The position numbers and the translations under genes were made by a program. A DNA stretch of 56,403 nucleotides from NCBI GenBank assembly GCA_041739995.1, contig JBGSMV010000044.1:1-56403 (forward strand), read 5' to 3'. Of the stretch, positions 51,008 to 56,403 are shown piece by piece; the first letter of the stretch is position 1; the number at the start of each line of letters is the position of its first letter. A model generated the notes under the pieces. It worked only from the letters and a program-made list of their open reading frames with translations. It searched no databases and was not told the DNA's origin. Origin of the DNA: Bdellovibrionota bacterium (GTDB taxonomy: Bacteria > Bdellovibrionota_C > UBA2361 > JBGSMV01).

Positions 51008-51123
51008 AGTTGGATCTCCTAAAATGAAAATTACTTCGATTTATTGAGCTGACCGAAGCCTCCCATTTTTTGCATCTCGAAGCGAGATCACGTGTTAATA
51101 GAAAGTCATACTTGAACTTTACA

Positions 51124-51295
51124 TTATACTACTATCGGAAATTCGGCATTGAGCGCTACGACTTCCATTCTGATTAGCGCACGGAGACTTTGCAGATCGG
51201 GAACGCCGGGAATCTGCCTTCCGTTAATCATAAAGGTTGGTGTTGCATTTAAGCCAAACGACTTACCAACGCTAACGTCCTTCATCACCGAATTA
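51124..51295 (-). pseudogene. C-terminal fragment of a DsbA/thioredoxin-fold protein
   Basis: GLNATPTFMINGRQIPG cis-Pro loop motif. No CxxC-bearing N-terminus. Confidence 0.7.
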
Positions 51296-51302
51296 AGAGG
51301 CC

Positions 51303-51436
51303 ACATTGCTTCAGCATCATTACGGTCATTCTTCTGTGACTTCAAAAATGGCTTTACGAACGCAGCAGGGAGGAGATGAACCTTGTGACCTTCCCGCTCA
51401 AACAGTCGTCCCCAGTAGTGAGAACCAGCGCTACTA
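51303..51436 (-). mobile_element. IS110 family transposase internal fragment
   Basis: Manual translation SAGSHYWGRLFEREGHKVHLLPAAFVKPFLKSQKNDRNDAEA matches the IS110 N-terminal DEDD region (H.W.R.....GH.V.L.P...VKPF....KND..DAEA). Confidence 0.85.
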
Positions 51437-52332
51437 CAAAAATACGACGGCGCCCGATGAGCGGAGGAAAGTGGTGAGTTTTCTTATTGAAGATAAGAAG
51501 CTATCTGAGCGTCGGGCATCGCGTTTGGTGAAAGTGTCGCGAACTGTTCTGCGGTATGAGAAACGAGAAGACGGAGACGGCGAGTTGCGCGAAGAAAATT
51601 CGGCGCATGTCGTTTCGGTACCGCACGGACGGTTATCGGATGATTTACCGTCGGCTTCGTCTTGCTGATTGGGTCGTAAACCATAAGCGAGTAGAGCGTA
51701 TATATCGTGAAGAAAAGCTGGCAATTCGCAAGCGGCGACGAAAGAAGCTCCCGGCGCACCAGCGCGTGAAATTGCCAGTTCCGGTGGCACCAAACGAGCT
51801 GTGGTCACTTGATTTCATCAGTGACGCGACTACGCGGGGAAGAGTGATTCGAGGTTTTGTGAGCGTGGATGATTTTTCTCGCAAGTTGTTGACGCTCCAT
51901 ATGCGGCATTCGATTTCTGGGAGGAAGGTCGCCGAACTACTTGATCAGGTTGCCACGTTTCGGGGCTATCCGAAGTACGTGCGTGTCGATAATGGTCCCG
52001 AGTTTCGCGGCAAAGACTTCCATGAGTGGGCGGCCAGTCACGGCGTGCAGATTGTTTTCATCGAGCCAGGAAAGCCACAGCAAAATGCCTTCGTTGAATC
52101 GTTGAACTCGATAATTCAGCGCGAGTTTTTGAACCTGCAACTATTTGCTGCTGAGGCGGATGCGAACCAAAAGGCTGCGGTGTTCTTGAAAGAATACAAT
52201 ACCGAGCGACCTCACGGCTCGCTCGGTTCGCCGGGGGTAACCCCGGCCATGTTCGAAGAAGGATACAGAAATCAGGTAATTAACCAGGAGAAGACTCTAA
52301 TTCAAAGTGGTACTAATAAAGGGGGCTGACCA
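51437..52332 (+). mobile_element. IS3 family element remnant: orfB transposase with a frameshift, orfA missing, right end present
   Basis: SERRA...VSR...RY in one frame, shifting near 51591 into GYR...RL...NHKRVERIYREE, WSLDF, DNGPEF, PGKPQQNAFVES, YNTERPH. Ends TGGTACTAATAAAGGGGGCTGACCA, like an IS3-family right end. Confidence 0.9.
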
Positions 52333-52663
52333 GGGGACAGATTACTCTCAACGTCTCAGGGCGTTGTTAAAGGCAGTAAATCGAGGCGAGTGCGAGGCTA
52401 ACGTTCAAAGATACGGTGAGCTAGAAGTTGCAGAACTTACTTTTGGCCCTAAGGAGAAGAGAGACTCCATTTTCATCTCCAATCCCATGGATAGAATTCC
52501 AAGAGTAAGGACGAACTTCGAAGGTGATCAAGTGGAGGTGCCTACATGGTTTGTGCATTTTGGTAATGACACGTTCCCTATGCGAAACTTGTCCGAACAC
52601 GTTCTTCGCAAAACTGATAAAGGGCAGAAGAGTGCGAAGTCGCCTCAAGTCGCTGAATCCTGA
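52333..52663 (+). pseudogene. Probable 3' remnant of an unknown gene interrupted by the IS3 element
   Basis: Open frame of about 110 codons beginning at the IS end; the track start codon lies inside the IS terminus. Confidence 0.4.
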
Positions 52664-52750
52664 TTTATCAATTCAGGAGAGTCGCTCACTTAGTCGGCTT
52701 TATCACTCATTGGGCGCCACGGTTTTAATCAGACAGAAACAAAACAGAAC

Positions 52751-53470
52751 TTACCTCAAAAATGAGTTGTCGAACTCTTCTTGAGGGTCGTCATGCGCCA
52801 TCGGATGACTCCATGCGATTGGTGACATGCGAAAGGGAGAAGGTAAATCCATATCTACTTCCCGACCAGCCCCAAGCATTAAGTTCACAAGCGGCTTAAG
52901 GATTCCTCGGTCGGCGTTCCTGATGCGAGACATGTAATCCACGCGCTCAGAGATAACCATGTCGGGAGCTCCAAGCTCTCGCATTTGCGAGTAAAGAAGA
53001 GAGCGTCCCGTACGTCCATTGCCATCACGAAAAGGATGAATGCGCTCAAACTTTCCATGGAAATGTGCGATAGCTACATAGCCGGTGATATCCCGTCCAG
53101 AATCTGGATCAATCACCTCGTGGCGCAGAATCCAATCCGTCTGCTTGAACAATAATTTTAGTTCGGCCTCAATACGATTACTTACCGCTCCTTCGTGGTC
53201 CCCAAACTTCACTCCCACACCAGGCTCTCTAAATTGCCCAGCCCAGGGATGAATCTTTCTGAAAATTATCTGGTGATTGCCTGCTACTTTCTCAATACTG
53301 GGCTCAGTGAGGCATTTCTGTGAGTCGTAGACGCCACGGGCCTCGATAGATCCGAGCTCGACCGCGAGGGCGTAATCCTTCTTAGAACGAATGCCCGGAA
53401 GAAGGCCTAACTTCCTGATATGAAGGAGAGAAGCGTCCTTCGGATCTGGTACTAAGTCGGTCTTGCTCAC
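52751..53470 (-). CDS. Fic family protein (canonical AMPylation motif)
   Basis: IHPFRDGNGRTGR, plus H..IF...HPWAGQFR typical of class I Fic proteins. Confidence 0.92.
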   Translation of the reverse strand: MSKTDLVPDPKDASLLHIRKLGLLPGIRSKKDYALAVELGSIEARGVYDSQKCLTEPSIEKVAGNHQIIFRKIHPWAGQFREPGVGVKFGDHEGAVSNRIEAELKLLFKQTDWILRHEVIDPDSGRDITGYVAIAHFHGKFERIHPFRDGNGRTGRSLLYSQMRELGAPDMVISERVDYMSRIRNADRGILKPLVNLMLGAGREVDMDLPSPFRMSPIAWSHPMAHDDPQEEFDNSFLR

Positions 53471-53546
53471 GCTTCAGGTATCCAAACCATTGGTGTAAAT
53501 CGAGCCCATTTGCTACAATGGTGGTACTCGTTTAGGCGACCTTGTT

Positions 53547-53837
53547 ATGGCAAACGGCACGTTAGATGTATCACCAAAAAATTCGCCCTTCGCTCCAAGA
53601 GCGGGAGGTGGACGGCTGCCTATGAAAGGAGAAGGTCACAGCACTCGTGGACCTACCGATCCGGATATCCTCGCGAGACAAATTGAGGGAAGCAACCGCA
53701 TTGAGGGAATCGAACCGTCCGGTGAAATTCGAGAACATTTACCATCAACTCTGCCTAAAGGCCCATCTAAAGGGCATGGCGGATCACCATTCGACTCCCT
53801 CTCGACTCCTCAGAGACCTCTGAAAGCGACCGCCTAA
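53547..53837 (+). CDS. Candidate FicA/VbhA-like antitoxin
   Basis: QIEGSNRIEG contains the (S/T)xxxE(G/N) inhibitory motif. Divergent from fic. Alternative ATG at 53622. Confidence 0.6.
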   Translation: MANGTLDVSPKNSPFAPRAGGGRLPMKGEGHSTRGPTDPDILARQIEGSNRIEGIEPSGEIREHLPSTLPKGPSKGHGGSPFDSLSTPQRPLKATA

Positions 53838-54217
53838 GTTTGGCGTCTCGCGCGCTGAGCACCTGGATATTTCTTGCGTATAGACGAGCGCCTCAGCTAC
53901 GAGATCATTCGGTTCAGCATGAGCGTCCACTGATCTTCCCCCAAACAGGCATCATCCAGCCCCACATGATTAGGAGTGGGAAGATCCCTCGCCCTAGATT
54001 CAATCGCACTCATGCAGAAATCTTTCGCGCCACTGCGCCTCCCCCAAGCTTCGAGCATTTGCCAGCTAATAAACTCATCCCGACGACTGATGAACACTCT
54101 CGTATCTACTCGCTGCAATCCCCGAGGTCCAGGTACCACCTTCTTTTCAAGTGGGGCATACAAGTAATCTTCTGAAATCTAAGCGATTTTTATGCCCCAA
54201 TGACCCAATTAACCACA

Positions 54218-54250
54218 AATGGTCCGAGTTTTAGCTAAACTCGGATCATT
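54218..54250. other. Strong hairpin / palindrome
   Basis: AATGGTCCGAGTTT ... AAACTCGGATCATT, 14-bp stem with one G-T. Confidence 0.6.
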
Positions 54251-54369
54251 GGAGATTCTAATATGTCCTATTCGCACTATTCACCACGCCACAACAGCGT
54301 AAGCCTTTGAAAGTACTTGGACGGTGCGCCAAAGAGGACACTGAAGGTAACCTAAAAGAAGGTGGTACT

Positions 54370-54685
54370 TTTTAGAGTGGGCCTCACCTGCAGTCTGCAC
54401 AGTGAGGACAAGTCCGGGGCTTTGAGTATCCGAACCAAGGGCTGCTTGCACGGCACTCGCTGCCGCCTTAAAGAGGGTATCAAGCAGGCTTCGGTCATAG
54501 CGGAAGAAGACTCTCAGCCGTTTGGGGAGGGTGAAACCGCAGTGTCGGACTTCGGCGAGCTCAGTCGAGCCGTGCGGAACTCTTTCAAGCACTGAGTCGT
54601 AGATGTGCTCACCAAACTTCACTGCTCGTTTAGCGTTGCAAGACGGGCACAAGCCTCGTTTCTTGAACGAGAATGCTACCAAGAG
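54370..54685 (-). mobile_element. IS91 family (rolling-circle) transposase fragment, zinc-binding region
   Basis: VAFS(F)KKRGLCPSC...VPH..RH..FTLPKRLR...PG....VQT.G. The first Cys is replaced by Phe, and the fragment is truncated before the HUH motif. Confidence 0.85.
54548..54571. repeat. 24-bp REP-like in-frame insertion (GACTTCGGCGAGCTCAGTCGAGCC)
   Basis: Adds GSTELAEV in the middle of the VPH|RH motif. Imperfect palindrome (GACT...AGTC). Confidence 0.7.
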
Positions 54686-55315
54686 CGAGTGCTTGTAGGT
54701 ATCGCAGGGGAATGCTGATTGCTGGTTGGAAAACCAATTGACCTCATGGTGTGATTGAGAAAAGGAGAGGTTGAAGAGCCATCAGGATAAATTGCATGAA
54801 GTTGGAAGCAGGCGACGGGGTTATTGTGCTTGGCAACGCCTGTGGTTTGAGACGCAGAGCCGAGGACGGGTTGCACGGCGCAGCTGCCGCCTGAAAGAGA
54901 ACGTTATTAAGGCCTCGGTCGTTCCTAAAACACTCCATGAGCCGCATTGGGAGCGTAACGTCGCAAGGTCGGTATCCGCTCAAGCAACGGCATTTTAGAG
55001 GTGTTCGCCAAACTTCACGTCGCATGCCGGATAAAGTCCTCGCTTTTTAAAGGAAATAGTTTATAGCAACGCGTGCTTGCAGGTGTCGCGGTAAGCTGGT
55101 GCCGCACTATGCGTCAGCAGTTCAGATACTCTTCGAATGTGCTTAAAAACTCGTCGTGAAACCCGCCATAGGATTCTCGAATGCGCCCTCTCGGCCTTAG
55201 CCCCGGTACAGGTGGGGAAGTTCTATGGGGCCCAGAATACGGGTATTGATTTACTCACAGTTGAATTCTTAAAGGGGGCTAGGAAAAAGCACTCCGGGAA
55301 GTTACTTTCCTTTCC

Positions 55316-56005
55316 GTGCTCTTACTCATTTCCACTATTATCGTTTTCGTTTGCATCGTAGGAGCGCTGGCTTTTTCGCTACGGAAGGAGGCCGAACTTG
55401 CTGAGCGCTCTCGAATGTTTAGCAGTGAACACTCTGACGGGGGGCAGCCTCCCCTCTTGCAAATAGTTCGAGCTGAGCGTGATGACACGGGCACTTTGGC
55501 GGGCGGGGTTTACGTTCTGCTGCTTCTGCTCGTATTAGGCCTAATCGGCGGCCTTGCAGTCCTCTTGGTGCCATCCGACCCTAGTAAGAGTATGCGACCG
55601 GGAAATTTACTGATGTTGGTCCTATTTAGTACTGTTATTCCTTTACTCTACAGCAATGCTAGGAGGTCATTCGCGCTCAGTCGTCTAGTTGCTCAGCTTC
55701 CCCAATACCCCTCTCTTCGACTGTACCGGGACCGCATCGCTATTCCTGCAAATTTTGTCATTGACCCCCAGCCTCTCTTCATCGCACTCAACTCACCTGA
55801 AGTGATTTGCCTCTTGAGACACATCAAAGGATGGCACTTGGGCCTTGCTAACGTTAGGCCCCCAATACCACTACTCCGGTTGGACTGCGGATCTAATATG
55901 AACATCTCGATTGTCGCTAATTACCTTGACGGTAGAGAGCAGGAGGTTGTTGCGCTTTTGCGCGATCTAGGGGTACCCGAAGATACTGCTAAGCATGAGC
56001 GCTGA
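55316..56005 (+). CDS. Hypothetical membrane protein
   Basis: 229-aa ORF with three hydrophobic segments and a soluble C-terminus. Confidence 0.65.
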   Translation: MLLLISTIIVFVCIVGALAFSLRKEAELAERSRMFSSEHSDGGQPPLLQIVRAERDDTGTLAGGVYVLLLLLVLGLIGGLAVLLVPSDPSKSMRPGNLLMLVLFSTVIPLLYSNARRSFALSRLVAQLPQYPSLRLYRDRIAIPANFVIDPQPLFIALNSPEVICLLRHIKGWHLGLANVRPPIPLLRLDCGSNMNISIVANYLDGREQEVVALLRDLGVPEDTAKHER

Positions 56006-56067
56006 TTAATTGATCTTCCCCCGATTTTATTGCCCCTTTAAGGTGTTCCTAGGCCTCTTAAAGAGCG

Positions 56068-56403
56068 TCATTGAAAACCAACCAGGGCATGCAGTCTGGG
56101 GCCAAAGACGAAGAGTCCAACGAAGATCGCCCCGATTACACTAATCAAAACCGCTCCGGCGGCTACATCCTTTGATTTCTCAACAAGTGGGTGAGATTCG
56201 GGAGAAACGACGTCACAGAGTATTTCGAATGCGGTGTTCAGAGCTTCGGTAACCCCAACCGCCCTGATCGCTAATGCAATGAGGGCCCACTCAACGGCTG
56301 ATACCCCAAAGCCTAGACCCGCAATCACTACGGCCAGCGAAACTGCTGCATGAACCCACGCATTGTGCTGCGAATGGAGCATGCGCCTCACTCCGCACAG
56401 CGC
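56068..56403 (-). CDS. dgkA: Diacylglycerol/undecaprenol kinase (DgkA family), 5' end outside the window
   Basis: HNAWVH, EALNTAFE, KSKDVAAGAVL. The frame is open to the window edge. Confidence 0.9.
   Translation of the reverse strand, partial: ALCGVRRMLHSQHNAWVHAAVSLAVVIAGLGFGVSAVEWALIALAIRAVGVTEALNTAFEILCDVVSPESHPLVEKSKDVAAGAVLISVIGAIFVGLFVFGPRLHALVGFQ

Noticed and set aside
53840..54175. Overlapping short ORFs on both strands
   Set aside because: No motif or RBS, and I could not decide which frame, if any, is real.
54831..54909. Integron attC-like site (AAC...imperfect inner stem...GTT)
   Set aside because: The R boxes fit RYYYAAC/GTTRRRY poorly and pair only at AAC/GTT; no integrase or cassette array is visible. 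IntegronFinder would settle it.

Overview
Bacterial chromosomal window from a diderm (it carries an Omp85-type outer-membrane gene). The tilS-ftsH-cdaA-cdaR-glmM order and the triple Hsp20 cluster suggest a deltaproteobacteria/Bdellovibrionota-like lineage, but that is inference only. Positions 1-50400 are mostly housekeeping and envelope genes: RRM protein, HDOD protein, M23 peptidase, acyl-CoA dehydrogenase, CitE-like lyase, Omp85, M29 aminopeptidase, subtilase, IscA/ErpA, FbaB, an AttE/FG/H-like ABC system, tsaE, nnr, the c-di-AMP module, ftsH, tilS, three Hsp20, ExoD, DoxX, photolyase and a MoxR/Bat operon. From about 50400 to the end is an accessory patchwork of IS110, IS3 and IS91 remnants, a Fic gene and dgkA. 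The most interesting signals are mostly outside the ORF track. (1) A self-contained minus-strand transcription unit at about 11860-12470: sigma70 promoter, ~230-nt structured leader, 31-aa Lys/Arg-rich microprotein, structured trailer holding five 15-nt repeats, terminator. (2) A divergent class II nucleotidyltransferase lacking the CCA/poly(A) templating motif, sitting inside the att-like ABC cluster. (3) A Fic enzyme with a divergently encoded SxxxEG antitoxin candidate. (4) A 24-bp in-frame palindromic insertion in an IS91 transposase remnant. (5) A decayed MazF-type toxin-antitoxin pair. (6) Sigma28-type promoters ahead of the HDOD gene and a YjfB-like microprotein. I recognised no rRNA, tRNA or CRISPR array. 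All family calls come from reading motifs by eye; no database search was run.
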